Notes under the pieces: model-generated
What the model saw: the letters and a program-made list of their open reading frames with translations, nothing else
What the model was told of the DNA's origin: nothing
Database searches by the model: none
DNA from: an uncultured Gammaproteobacteria bacterium
GTDB lineage: Bacteria; Patescibacteriota; Patescibacteriia; Patescibacteriales; UBA12465
Direction of reading: 5' to 3'
Assembly (NCBI GenBank): GCA_964473565.1
Contig: CAYYPI010000001.1
Coordinates: 124,935 to 188,934, forward strand
DNA: 64,000 nucleotides
In this document: positions 7,173 to 16,911 of the stretch, one piece after another
Layout of the letters: every line of letters begins with the position of its first letter
How positions within the stretch are numbered: the stretch's first letter is position 1
Position numbers and translations under genes: made by a program

Positions 7173-9964
7173 AATTCTAATTTTTTTAAGTCTCCCCAGG
7201 ATTTTCCAGTTTTTATCTCAGCAATTAGAGGTATACTTAATTCACAGACAGTTTCCATTATTTCTTTAATCTCTTTAGCATAGTTTTCAATCTTATCTTT
7301 TTTAATAGCAAAAATCAACTCATCGTGAACCTGTAGTAGCATTTTAATATCTTCTTTGTCTTTATATTTATTGTGCACTTTATTCATAGCCATTTTAATA
7401 ATATCAGCAGCAGTGCCTTGAATGGGTGTATTTACAGCAGTTCTTTCAGCAGCTTTTTTAATTAAACCAATTTCTGAGTTTATCTCTGGTATTAACCTTC
7501 TTCTACCAAACATAGTTGTAACGTATGATTTTTCTTTTGCAAATTCAATAGTTTCTTCAATATATTTTCTTACACCTTCATATATTTGAAAATATTTATC
7601 AATAAAGTCTTTAGCTCTTGCATAGGGTATATCGGCATTTTGGCTTAAACCATGAGGTCCTTGTCCATATAATATTCCAAAGTTTACAGCTTTAGCTTCT
7701 TGCCTCATTTTAGAGCTTACATCTTTTTCTTCAACTTGGTTAATAGCAGCAGCTGTTGATCTGTGAATATCTTGGTTATTTTTGAAGGCTTTAATTAAGT
7801 TTTTATCTTGAGACATCTCAGCGGCTAAACGTAGTTCAATTTGAGAGTAGTCTAAAGCTACTAAGCTATAATCTTTTTCAGCGGTGAAGGCTTGCCTGAT
7901 TTCCTTTCCCAGTTCGTGTCTAACTGGAATATTTTGCAGATTGGGAGCAGTTGAGGAAAGTCTGCCTGTAGCAGTGATAGTTTGATTAAAGTGAGTGTGC
8001 AGTCTTTTGGTTTTATTGTTTATTAACTCTGGTAAAGCATCAATATAAGTTGTCTTTAACTTATACAGTTCTCTGTATTCTTGAATATGTAAAATAATAG
8101 GGTGTTCTTCTTTTAATTTCTCTAGTTCATCAAAGGCGGTTGAAAAACCTGTTTTAGTTTTTTTAATATTTTGAGTAGGAATGTCTAATTCCTTGAATAT
8201 TATTTCTTGCAATTGTTTGGGGGAGTTAATGTTAAATTCTTTATTAGCTAATTTGTATATTTCTTTACTAATATCATTTATTTCTTTATTAACCTTCTTA
8301 GCAATTTTAGCTAGCTTTTCTTTATCTAAATAAATACCATTATTTTCCATATTCGCTAAAACCTCTATTAACGGTAATTCTAAATCATAGTACAAATCTT
8401 CTAGCTCATATTTTTTCAATTGTTTTTTTAAAATTGGTACTAAACGGTTAGTGCAATCAGCGTCTTCACAAGAATATAATGACATCTTTTCAAGATCTAC
8501 ATCTTCGTAGTTAATCTTTTTTCTTCCTTTACCAACTAAATCATCTGAATTAATTTTTTCCCAATCTAACTCATTTTCTGTCAGTGCATCTAGACTATGT
8601 TGTCTATTACCAGGATTAATTAGATAAGCTGCAATTTTAGTATCAAATACTAAACCTTTAACTTCAAGTCCTTGAGCTTTCATTAATCTAAGATCAAATT
8701 TTACATTATGTCCAATCTTACCAATCTTTTCATTATTAAAAATAGGTTTAAGTTCTTCTAACCATTTATTGTTATTTTCTTGATTACTAAAAAGGTCAAA
8801 AGTTTTAGCGCTGGAATTAATATTTAGGTAATAGGCTTCTTTTTCTTTCCAGGAAAAGCTTATTCCTAGTAAAGTAGCAGAGAAGATGTCTAAAGAGTCT
8901 GATTCAGTATCAAAAGTGAACTCTTTTTGTTTTTTTAATTCTTTTAGAAAAGCTTTAAAATCTTCTTCCTTATTTATTAGCTTATATTTGAATTCTTTTT
9001 CGTTTCTAGCAAATTTGTCAATGTCTTTTGACTTATAATCATCATTTTTATTTTTTTTAAGTTTCTCTGCTCTAGGTAATAATGTCTTAAACTCTAAATC
9101 TTTAAAGACCTTACTAATTTTATCTAGTTGAATATCTTTAAATTCGGCTTCATCTAGTTTAAATTTAAAATCAACATCTAATTTAATTGTAGCTAAGCTT
9201 TTGCTAAGCATAGCTTTGTTTTTATTTTCTTTAAGTAATTTAGCTGTACGCGCTTTTAATTCTTTAGCTTCAGGATGCTTTTCTAAGTATTTATAGATAT
9301 TTTCTAAATTTCCAAACAGTTGTAGTAAATCTACAGCGGTTTTATCGCCAATACCTGGAACTCCTGGAATATTATCACTTGGATCTCCTCTTAAGGCTTT
9401 GTAATCAATAATTTGATCTGGTCTTAACCCATATTTTTCTTCCACCTTGTTTCTATCATAAATAACTGTGTCACTTAAACCTCTGCTCATGGTGTAGACC
9501 TTGGTGTAAGGGCCAACTAGTTGCAAGGTGTCCATATCACCTGTGATAATCATTTTTTCTAAATGTTCTTTTGTTTTTGAGCCTTGACTATTTAATTTAT
9601 TTACTATTGAGCCAATTAAATCATCAGCTTCATACCCGGCCATTTCATAGATAGGTATATTAAAAGCTTTAGCCACTTTCTTCACCAGTGGTATTTGATC
9701 ATATAATTCTTGAGGTGCTTTTATTCTTTTAGCTTTATATTCTTTATATTCTTCATGTCTAAAGGTAGGACCCTTTTTATCTAAAGTTAGAGCTATATAG
9801 TCTGGTTCTAAGTCAGCAATTGATTTTAAAAGAAAAGAAGTGAAGCCATAGACAGCATTAATAGGGGTACCTTCTTTTGTACTTAAAGTGGGAGGTAAGG
9901 CATGAAAACTTCTATGAATTACAGCATTACCATCTATTATTATAATCCTTTTTTGTTTAGACAT
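7169..9964 (-). CDS. polA: DNA polymerase I (5'-3' exo, 3'-5' exo and polymerase domains)
   Basis: IIIDGNAVIHRSFHAL (5' nuclease), FDTESDSLD (Exo I), LVALDYSQIELR (motif A), RQEAKAVNFGILYG (motif B), QVHDE (motif C). Confidence 0.95.
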   Translation of the reverse strand: MSKQKRIIIIDGNAVIHRSFHALPPTLSTKEGTPINAVYGFTSFLLKSIADLEPDYIALTLDKKGPTFRHEEYKEYKAKRIKAPQELYDQIPLVKKVAKAFNIPIYEMAGYEADDLIGSIVNKLNSQGSKTKEHLEKMIITGDMDTLQLVGPYTKVYTMSRGLSDTVIYDRNKVEEKYGLRPDQIIDYKALRGDPSDNIPGVPGIGDKTAVDLLQLFGNLENIYKYLEKHPEAKELKARTAKLLKENKNKAMLSKSLATIKLDVDFKFKLDEAEFKDIQLDKISKVFKDLEFKTLLPRAEKLKKNKNDDYKSKDIDKFARNEKEFKYKLINKEEDFKAFLKELKKQKEFTFDTESDSLDIFSATLLGISFSWKEKEAYYLNINSSAKTFDLFSNQENNNKWLEELKPIFNNEKIGKIGHNVKFDLRLMKAQGLEVKGLVFDTKIAAYLINPGNRQHSLDALTENELDWEKINSDDLVGKGRKKINYEDVDLEKMSLYSCEDADCTNRLVPILKKQLKKYELEDLYYDLELPLIEVLANMENNGIYLDKEKLAKIAKKVNKEINDISKEIYKLANKEFNINSPKQLQEIIFKELDIPTQNIKKTKTGFSTAFDELEKLKEEHPIILHIQEYRELYKLKTTYIDALPELINNKTKRLHTHFNQTITATGRLSSTAPNLQNIPVRHELGKEIRQAFTAEKDYSLVALDYSQIELRLAAEMSQDKNLIKAFKNNQDIHRSTAAAINQVEEKDVSSKMRQEAKAVNFGILYGQGPHGLSQNADIPYARAKDFIDKYFQIYEGVRKYIEETIEFAKEKSYVTTMFGRRRLIPEINSEIGLIKKAAERTAVNTPIQGTAADIIKMAMNKVHNKYKDKEDIKMLLQVHDELIFAIKKDKIENYAKEIKEIMETVCELSIPLIAEIKTGKSWGDLKKLEL

Positions 9965-10048
9965 ATTACTTTAATTTTAACACGTTTAATTTAGAAATCA
10001 TAGATTTAAAAGATTAATATAAAAAAACGCCTAAAAAGACGTTTTTTG

Positions 10049-10122
10049 TGGACCATAAGGGATTCGAACCCTTGGCCTCCTGCTTGCAAAGCAGGCGCTC
10101 TAACCAGCTGAGCTAATGGCCC
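10049..10122 (-). tRNA. tRNA-Ala (anticodon TGC)
   Basis: Acceptor GGGCCAT/ATGGTCC with the G3:U70 identity pair, anticodon stem CCTGC/GCAGG, loop TTTGCAA, T-arm AAGGG-TTCGAAT-CCCTT. Confidence 0.9.
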
Positions 10123-10154
10123 TTAAAAATAATATTCTATTGTTATTTATTCAA

Positions 10155-10403
10155 TTATTGGTTTACTCTAAGTAGTGGAGCTAATAAAAACCTCATAAAG
10201 TCTCCACTTATGCCTAACATAATAACTAATCCTAAAAAAATAAGCAAGAGGCCTAAAAGTTTGTAACCTAACCTGGAGCCACCTTCGCTACCCAGGTTTC
10301 TTTCAAAGTAACTACTACTACCAAAGTTTTTTAAAACGATCTCTGTTTTTAATACAACGTAAACTCCTGCAGCAATAATTAAGGCACCTAAAATAAAATG
10401 CAT
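10155..10403 (-). CDS. Small two-helix membrane protein, unknown function
   Basis: 82 aa with two hydrophobic segments. It starts 5 nt after the stop of the M23 peptidase gene on the same strand. Confidence 0.5.
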   Translation of the reverse strand: MHFILGALIIAAGVYVVLKTEIVLKNFGSSSYFERNLGSEGGSRLGYKLLGLLLIFLGLVIMLGISGDFMRFLLAPLLRVNQ

Positions 10404-10408
10404 ATTTT

Positions 10409-11725
10409 TTATCTTATATAATTTAAAGGATTTAATTTTACACCATTTATTATAACTTCAAAGTGTATATGAGGTCCAGTGCTCCAACCAGTTGATCCCA
10501 TAGCCGCAATAGATTCTCCCTTTTCTACAGTGTCACCATTTTTAACATATAATTTAGAGGCATGAGCATATCTAGTTTTTTTGCCACCACCATGATTTAT
10601 TAATACATTATAACCGTAACCAGTACTCCAACCTGAATATTCTACTGTCCCGGCTTCAGAGGCATACAAAGGAGTTCCAGTTTTATTAGCTATATCTAAA
10701 CCTGAGTGTCTCCAAGAATAATATTGAGTAATACGGTGTCCAACTGTTGGCCATTGCATGACACCTGAGCTAACTGCAGCTGGTTTTGGCTTGATTAAAT
10801 CTTTAATAACATCAATACCACTTGATCCACTAGATGCAGTACTTGGACTAGGAGTACTAGCAACTCTAGTCGTAGTTCTTTTACTCGCTCCTGGAATAAT
10901 TAATTTTTGCCCTATCTTTAAGCTGTTAACATTAGATATATTGTTTGCTTCTAGAATATCACTGCTGTTTACGTCGTATTTACTAGCAATATAACTAATA
11001 CTTTCTCCTGAGGCAACACTATGACTAATACCAGAAACTGGTAGAATTTTTAAGGTATCGCCAGGATGAATAACGCCACGAGAACTTAGATTGTTTTCCC
11101 AAAGTATTGTATTAACACTAACTCCAAATTTATTAGCAATACTACCAATAACATCTCCTGCTTTAACTTTATAAGTAATAATTTCAGTTCTTTTAGTAGT
11201 ATTAGCGCTAACATTCTCATCTTCTCCTACTACCTGATCAATACCTGGGTCGCTACCAAATTTTTCTGCTTCTTTTTGTAGGTTAATAGCTACTTCTGGG
11301 CTTATTTCTAAATCTAAATCTTCAATTTCTTCAGCTTCATTATTAGTATTAATATTAATATTTGAAGACATGATGCCAAGCTCTTGATTAATTTTACTGC
11401 CACTAGTATTAAAATTATCACCTGATCGGGTTTCCTCAATTAATTCTTCTTCATGGGGTAGTTGTGCAAATTCAGATATAACTAAATCAGCCATAACAGT
11501 GTTATGAAGTTTATTAGCACTAGCTTTAACTGGAGCGATGGATGTGTTTTGGTATAAAATAATTGAAACTGTAATAACTGCTATTATTATATGTAGCACT
11601 CCTTTTTTAAAAACTATTCTTTTGAGATGAGAATTGTCATTATTAACCTTTCTTTTAGCATTTCTGTATAGATGATAGGTTTTAGCTAATTGTTTATATA
11701 AAAATAAATTGAATATAAAAAGCAA
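10409..11725 (-). CDS. Membrane-anchored LysM x2 / peptidase M23 (peptidoglycan endopeptidase)
   Basis: Two LysM repeats (YKVKAGDVIGSIANKFGVSVNTILWENNL; HSVASGESISYIASKYDVNSSDILEANNI). M23 motifs are HSGLD (HxxxD) and PHIHFEV (HxH). The start codon is uncertain. Confidence 0.85.
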   Translation of the reverse strand: MLFIFNLFLYKQLAKTYHLYRNAKRKVNNDNSHLKRIVFKKGVLHIIIAVITVSIILYQNTSIAPVKASANKLHNTVMADLVISEFAQLPHEEELIEETRSGDNFNTSGSKINQELGIMSSNININTNNEAEEIEDLDLEISPEVAINLQKEAEKFGSDPGIDQVVGEDENVSANTTKRTEIITYKVKAGDVIGSIANKFGVSVNTILWENNLSSRGVIHPGDTLKILPVSGISHSVASGESISYIASKYDVNSSDILEANNISNVNSLKIGQKLIIPGASKRTTTRVASTPSPSTASSGSSGIDVIKDLIKPKPAAVSSGVMQWPTVGHRITQYYSWRHSGLDIANKTGTPLYASEAGTVEYSGWSTGYGYNVLINHGGGKKTRYAHASKLYVKNGDTVEKGESIAAMGSTGWSTGPHIHFEVIINGVKLNPLNYIR

Positions 11726-11952
11726 AGGCTTCTTTAAAAAGTAGATAAAAAACCAGTTTAATAGGTTTTTAACATAAAGAAAACCCTTAAGAAATAAAAG
11801 TAATATATCTATGAATATTTTTTTTATTTTTAACTTTATCGAAATATATTTAGGATTATAATTATGGCCTAGAAGATAATAACAACAAAAGCTTAAGTGG
11901 TCAATAAAAATGAATTATGATAAAATAATTACAAGATTATTAATTATAATTT

Positions 11953-12732
11953 ATGTATAAAATTGTTTTTGTAAGACATGGTCAAAGCCCATGGAATAAA
12001 AAAGGTCTTTTTACTGGTTGGGTGGATACAGAGATTGAAAGAAAGAAAATGACCGATGTTGATTTAACTAAAAGAGGCATTGATGAAGCTATTGAGGCGG
12101 GTAAGATTCTAAAAGAAAATGGTTTTTATTTTGATGTTGCTTATACCTCTTATTTAGAAAGAGCAATTAAAACTTTACAAATTATCCTAGACCAAATGAA
12201 TTTAATGTGGATTCCAGTTATTAAGGATTGGCGTCTGAATGAAAAACATTATGGTAATTTACAAGGTCTTAATAAAAAGGAAACAGCTAAAAAATTTGGT
12301 GAAGAACAAGTATTTCAATGGCGACGTGGTTATGACGTGAGGCCACCAAGTATTACCAAAACTAATAAGTATTATACCAGAAAGGACCCAAGATATAAAG
12401 ATATTGATAAAAATTTAATTCCTTTAACAGAAAGTTTAAAAGATGTAGTAGAGAGAGTAAAGCCTTATTGGCTCAAAGTTATTGCCAAAGATATTAAAGC
12501 TGGGAAAAAAGTTTTAGTCTCTGCTCATGGAAATAGCCTTAGAGCAATCATTAAGTATTTAGATAAAGTATCAGAAGAAGAAATAGCAGATTTAAATGTA
12601 CCTACCGGTATACCTTTGGTTTATGAATTGGATAAAAATTTAAAACCAATAAGACATTATTATCTAGGAGATCCTAAAAAGATTAAGAAATTACAAGAAG
12701 AAGTAAAGAATCAGGCTAAAGTGAAGAAATAA
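11953..12732 (+). CDS. gpmA: 2,3-bisphosphoglycerate-dependent phosphoglycerate mutase
   Basis: KIVFVRHGQSPWNKKGLFTGWVD (RHG catalytic motif), ERAIKTL, and SAHGNSLRAI (second His motif). Confidence 0.9.
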   Translation: MYKIVFVRHGQSPWNKKGLFTGWVDTEIERKKMTDVDLTKRGIDEAIEAGKILKENGFYFDVAYTSYLERAIKTLQIILDQMNLMWIPVIKDWRLNEKHYGNLQGLNKKETAKKFGEEQVFQWRRGYDVRPPSITKTNKYYTRKDPRYKDIDKNLIPLTESLKDVVERVKPYWLKVIAKDIKAGKKVLVSAHGNSLRAIIKYLDKVSEEEIADLNVPTGIPLVYELDKNLKPIRHYYLGDPKKIKKLQEEVKNQAKVKK

Positions 12733-12771
12733 CTAAGATTATAAAATTTCAGCCTTTTATTAGTAATTATT

Positions 12772-13080
12772 ATGAAATATAACAAACTTGTTAGAGATAA
12801 AATTCCTCAAATTATTAAAAGCAAGAAGATAGCTTTAATTGTGCATATTGCTTCTGATGAAGAATATAAACAAAAATTAAGAGCTAAGCTTCAAGAAGAA
12901 GTTAATGAGTTTTTTGAAGATTCAAACGAAGAGGAGCTTGCTGATATTCTTGAGGTAGTTTATGCTTTATGTGATTTTTATAATTTTGACAAGAAAAAAT
13001 TGGAACAAATTCGAAAAGATAAATTAAAAAAAAGAGGTGGTTTTAAAGATAGAATAATTCTTGATGAAACCAGAGAATAG
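12772..13080 (+). CDS. All-alpha MazG-like NTP pyrophosphohydrolase (house-cleaning type)
   Basis: 102 aa. The KLVRDKIPQII start, EEVNEF...EELADILEVVYAL and the C-terminal KRGGFKDRIIL are typical of this small family. Confidence 0.6.
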   Translation: MKYNKLVRDKIPQIIKSKKIALIVHIASDEEYKQKLRAKLQEEVNEFFEDSNEEELADILEVVYALCDFYNFDKKKLEQIRKDKLKKRGGFKDRIILDETRE

Positions 13081-13161
13081 CTTAATTCTGTTCTTAAAAT
13101 GATAATAGTTTATAGATATTGTTTTATATAAGTTTTTATTCATTATTATTATTCCCTGTCA

Positions 13162-14085
13162 CTAGATATTATCACTACCAGGCACAATCAGATCAAAAGC
13201 TTTATTTTTGCCATAAGCTTTGGGGCCATATTCTTGTGTGTAATTTTTTATATTCTTTTTGAAGTAATCAGGTTTAGCTTCTTGAATTTTGCCCATTAAA
13301 TAATAAGTTAAAGCTAGCATATAAGCATAGTCATGATTTTTAGCAATCTTTATGTCCCAGCGACTATTTTTGTCGCCAAAGTATTTGTTTTTTTTACCAA
13401 TACTAATTACTAACTCCTGTTGCCAAGGAATAACATACTTAGCATGACGAGCTTCTCCTTGGCTGAAAGCTTTAATATTTACTTTAGGTCCAAAAAGTTC
13501 ACGTTGCTTTATCTCTAACATAGGAGCAATACTTTGGTATTTATCAGGTAGAATAAAACTATAGGCTTTATAATTCTTAAAGTTTCTTGGAAGCTTTAAG
13601 CTTTGTAATTGTTTTAAAATATATTCAGCCTTTTCTCCTGTACTAGCTAAAATCATAGCCATATAAGTAGAAACATTGTAAGTATATGGCTCTGCCAGCT
13701 TTTCAAATGTTTCTACTTTATTTGCTAGCTTTGCTGCTGAGGAGTTTTTACTGCAGGTAATAAGAGTTGTTTTTAAACCCACTGCGTTAGAAAGTTTAGT
13801 TTCCCAAATAGAGTCTTTTTCTCCAGAAGCAGAAATAATAATAGCTTCTTTACTTAAACCTTTTTTAATTAAAGGCTTATAATTACTTAGCACTTCTTTG
13901 AAATTACTTTCACTGGCAATAATGGCAGGATTTTGAGCAAAAAGAATATTAGCGGTGTTATAGGCATTACCCGAGCCAACTACAAAGGGAAATTTCTTAT
14001 TTTTTAAATTTAGTTTTTGAGGAGGATTTTTTTTGAAAAACTTTAAAGCATTAATAGTGGCTTGATCGAGGTTTATAATTTTCAT
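13162..14085 (-). CDS. SIS-domain-like sugar-phosphate isomerase/binding protein (tentative)
   Basis: FVVGSGNAYNTANILF ... IIISASGEKDSIWETKL...GLKTTLITCSKNSSAAKLA resembles the SIS fold pattern. No firmer assignment is possible by eye. Confidence 0.4.
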   Translation of the reverse strand: MKIINLDQATINALKFFKKNPPQKLNLKNKKFPFVVGSGNAYNTANILFAQNPAIIASESNFKEVLSNYKPLIKKGLSKEAIIISASGEKDSIWETKLSNAVGLKTTLITCSKNSSAAKLANKVETFEKLAEPYTYNVSTYMAMILASTGEKAEYILKQLQSLKLPRNFKNYKAYSFILPDKYQSIAPMLEIKQRELFGPKVNIKAFSQGEARHAKYVIPWQQELVISIGKKNKYFGDKNSRWDIKIAKNHDYAYMLALTYYLMGKIQEAKPDYFKKNIKNYTQEYGPKAYGKNKAFDLIVPGSDNI

Positions 14086-14148
14086 AATATTATTATATTT
14101 AAGTCTATAATTATTTAAAAACTCTCTGTCTTTATATTATATTAGAGA

Positions 14149-14177
14149 TTGATTTTTATTTCAATTTAAGATAAGAT
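14149..14177 (+). promoter_or_regulatory. Candidate promoter for the yebC...murE gene string
   Basis: TTGATT-N17-TAAGAT lies about 50 nt upstream of the yebC ATG. It is a weak -10 in AT-rich DNA. Confidence 0.25.
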
Positions 14178-14228
14178 AAAAAAAGAAAGGCAAGTAAAAT
14201 TTGCCTTGTAATTTTTAATAAGAGATTT

Positions 14229-14954
14229 ATGTCAGGACATTCTAAGTGGTCTACAATTAAAAGAGCAAAAGCTGCAAACGATGCTAAAAAAGGTGCTATA
14301 TTCACTAAAATAAGTAACCTTATTACTATGGCAGTTAAAGAAAAAGGGTCAGATGTTGACTCTAATTTTACTTTGCGCATGGCCATAGATAAAGCCAAGC
14401 TTGCTAACATGCCCAAAGATAATATTGAGAGAGCCATTAAAAGAGGTACTGGAGAATTAGCAGGAGATCAAATTGAAGAATTATATTATGAAGGAATTGG
14501 ACCAGCTAATTCACAATTTATTGTTAAGTGTTTAACAGATAATAAAAATAGAAGTGCTTCATCAATTAGACATATTTTTAGTAAATATGGTGGCGCCTTA
14601 AGTTCAGTGATGTGGAATTTCGACAAGCTGGGTGTAATTAGCTTTGAAAAAGCACAGCTAAGTGATTTGGGTATAAATGAAGAAGATTTAGAATTAGAAT
14701 TAATTGATGCTGGAGCGCAGGATATTAAAATAGAGGAAGAAGATTATGTTGTTTACACCCAAGTAAGTGATCTACAAACTGTAAAAGAAGTTTTAGAAAA
14801 GAAGAATATTAAGATTGAATCAGCTGATTTAGATTATATAGCTAAAGAAAAGCAAGATATAACAGAAGAAGATAGGGCTAAGGTAGAGAATTTTGTTAAT
14901 GCTCTGGAGGATGATGAAGATGTATCTGATTATTATACAAATTTAAAATTATAA
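14229..14954 (+). CDS. yebC: YebC/PmpR-family DNA-binding regulator
   Basis: MSGHSKWSTIKRAKAANDAKKGAIFTK is the hallmark N-terminus. 241 aa. Confidence 0.9.
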   Translation: MSGHSKWSTIKRAKAANDAKKGAIFTKISNLITMAVKEKGSDVDSNFTLRMAIDKAKLANMPKDNIERAIKRGTGELAGDQIEELYYEGIGPANSQFIVKCLTDNKNRSASSIRHIFSKYGGALSSVMWNFDKLGVISFEKAQLSDLGINEEDLELELIDAGAQDIKIEEEDYVVYTQVSDLQTVKEVLEKKNIKIESADLDYIAKEKQDITEEDRAKVENFVNALEDDEDVSDYYTNLKL

Positions 14955-14956
14955 TT

Positions 14957-15442
14957 ATGTATAAACATATATTAGGTATAGATCCAGGTATTGCTGACAC
15001 TGGTTATGGCATAATTCGTGTGTATGATAACAATAAAATGGAGTGTGTGGATTATGGTTCAATTGTAACTAAGCCTAAACAGCCTTTAGAAAAGAGATTG
15101 CTTTTACTGCATCAAGATCTTCAAGAGATAATAAAAAAATATAAACCTGATTTGTTTGCAGTCGAAGAGTTATTTTTCAATAAAAACACAGCCACCGCTT
15201 TAATCGTTGCTCAAGCTAGAGGAATAATATTATTATCTGCCATGCTTGCTAAAGTAGATATTGTTCATTACACTCCAGGACAGGTAAAGCAAGCTGTATC
15301 TGCTTTTGGTCAGGCTCAAAAAGGACAGGTGCAAAAAATGGTTAAGCTATTACTTAATTTAAAAGAGATACCTAAACCAGATGATGCTGCTGACGCCTTG
15401 GCTGTAGCAATTTGTGCATCATCAACTTTAAAATTTAATTAA
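14957..15442 (+). CDS. ruvC: Holliday junction resolvase RuvC
   Basis: ILGIDPGIADTGYGII, AVEELFFNKN and PDDAADALAVAIC are the RuvC catalytic acidic motifs. Confidence 0.9.
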   Translation: MYKHILGIDPGIADTGYGIIRVYDNNKMECVDYGSIVTKPKQPLEKRLLLLHQDLQEIIKKYKPDLFAVEELFFNKNTATALIVAQARGIILLSAMLAKVDIVHYTPGQVKQAVSAFGQAQKGQVQKMVKLLLNLKEIPKPDDAADALAVAICASSTLKFN

Positions 15443-15444
15443 AT

Positions 15445-16899
15445 ATGAAAAAATTAAAAATTGTCCATATTGCTTCAGAAATAGCTCCATTTACTAAAAC
15501 TGGAGGACTGGGGGATGTTACTAGATCATTACCTAAAGCTCAATTTAGATTAGGTCATGAAGTTAGAGTAATTACTCCTTTATATGGTAAGGTCATAAAC
15601 AAAGAAAAACATAATTTAAAATTAATTTTTTCTAATGTTAAGGTTTACCTTAACTCTAAAGAAGCCGTGAGGATTAACTACTGGCAAGGCTATGCTATGG
15701 ATGGTTTGCCTGTTTATTTTATAGAAAATGCTAAATACTTTTCACAGAGAAAAGCTCTTTATGGATCTAAACATGAAAATGCTAGGTTTTTAATTTTTAA
15801 TGTAGCTTCTTTAAAGTTGATATCTATGTTAAAGTTCTCAGCTGATATAGTTCATTGTCATGATTGGCAAACTGGCTTAATTCCATATTACTTAAAAACA
15901 GATTTTCGCTATTCAAAAACTTTAAAAAAAGCCAAAACTATTTTTACTATTCACAATCTTGTTTTCCAGTTTGGTAAGAATTGGTGGCAGGTGCCAGCAG
16001 CAAAAAAAGATTATGGACATAGTAGGTTACCTCATATTAGTAACCCTGATGTGGAATATGTTAATTTTGCTAAAAGAGCCATACTTTCAGCAGATATAAT
16101 AAATACGGTTAGTGAGAAGTATAGAGATGAGATTATAACTAAAAGTTTTGGTCAGGATTTGCATAGGATTTTAAAAAATAGGAGCAATAGACTTTTTGGA
16201 ATAATAAATGGAATTGATTATAACACCTATAATCCTGAAAATGATATTAATATTTTTAAAAATTATACCTACGAAAATATAGAAGCTAAGAATTTAAATA
16301 AAGAATATATACAAAATAAATATAATCTTCCTATTAATTCTCAAATTCCAGTTTTTTGCACCACCTCAAGAGTTACTTTCCAGAAAGGTTTTGATTTAAT
16401 TTTAAAAACCATCATTCAATTACTTAACTTGAATGTGCAAATAATATTTATGGGTGATGGTGATAAGAATTATCTTAAGCCTATAAAAAAATTAGTTAAA
16501 GAGAATCCTAAAAAGTTAGCATGGTCATCTTTTAATCAAGAGGAAGAAACCTTATTATATGCTGGCTCTGATTTCTTTTTACTTCCATCAAATCATGAGC
16601 CCTGTGGCATTAATCAATTAATTGCTATGCGTTATGGCTGCGTTCCGATTGTTAGAGAGGTAGGAGGTCTTTACGACACGGTTAATGATTTTGATCCTAG
16701 CACTAAAAAGGGAACTGGCTTTACCTTTAAAGCTGAAAATCCTTTTGCTTTTTATGGAGCAATTATTAGAGCGCTAGAAGCTAGGAGAAATAAATCTTTA
16801 TGGACTAAGATTTTAAAAAGAATTATGAGAGAATCAAACAGCTGGGAGATACCAGCTAAAAAATATATTGAGTTATATAAAAGAGTATTAAAGAAATAA
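15445..16899 (+). CDS. glgA: Glycogen/starch synthase (GT5), copy 1
   Basis: KIVHIASEIAPFTKTGGLGDV (the KxGGL motif) and GSDFFLLPSNHEPCGINQLIAMRYGCVPIVREVGGLYDTV. Confidence 0.85.
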   Translation: MKKLKIVHIASEIAPFTKTGGLGDVTRSLPKAQFRLGHEVRVITPLYGKVINKEKHNLKLIFSNVKVYLNSKEAVRINYWQGYAMDGLPVYFIENAKYFSQRKALYGSKHENARFLIFNVASLKLISMLKFSADIVHCHDWQTGLIPYYLKTDFRYSKTLKKAKTIFTIHNLVFQFGKNWWQVPAAKKDYGHSRLPHISNPDVEYVNFAKRAILSADIINTVSEKYRDEIITKSFGQDLHRILKNRSNRLFGIINGIDYNTYNPENDINIFKNYTYENIEAKNLNKEYIQNKYNLPINSQIPVFCTTSRVTFQKGFDLILKTIIQLLNLNVQIIFMGDGDKNYLKPIKKLVKENPKKLAWSSFNQEEETLLYAGSDFFLLPSNHEPCGINQLIAMRYGCVPIVREVGGLYDTVNDFDPSTKKGTGFTFKAENPFAFYGAIIRALEARRNKSLWTKILKRIMRESNSWEIPAKKYIELYKRVLKK

Positions 16900-16911
16900 T
16901 CAAGAAATACT

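Noticed and set aside
10021-10048. AAAAAACG...CGTTTTTT inverted repeat downstream of tRNA-Ala as a terminator
   Set aside because: The stem has only two G:C pairs with a 10-nt loop. It is too weak to call.
14187-14207. Hairpin AAGGCAA-N7-TTGCCTT just upstream of the yebC ATG; on the minus strand it is followed by TCTTTTTTT
   Set aside because: It looks terminator-like only on the minus strand, where no gene ends. It is short and unsupported without folding or conservation data, so I did not call it a feature.
14156-14437. Track ORF 14156..14437(-), 93 aa and hydrophobic
   Set aside because: It overlaps the 5' end of the unmistakable yebC gene on the opposite strand. Its hydrophobic composition is what an antisense read of a K/A-rich gene produces.
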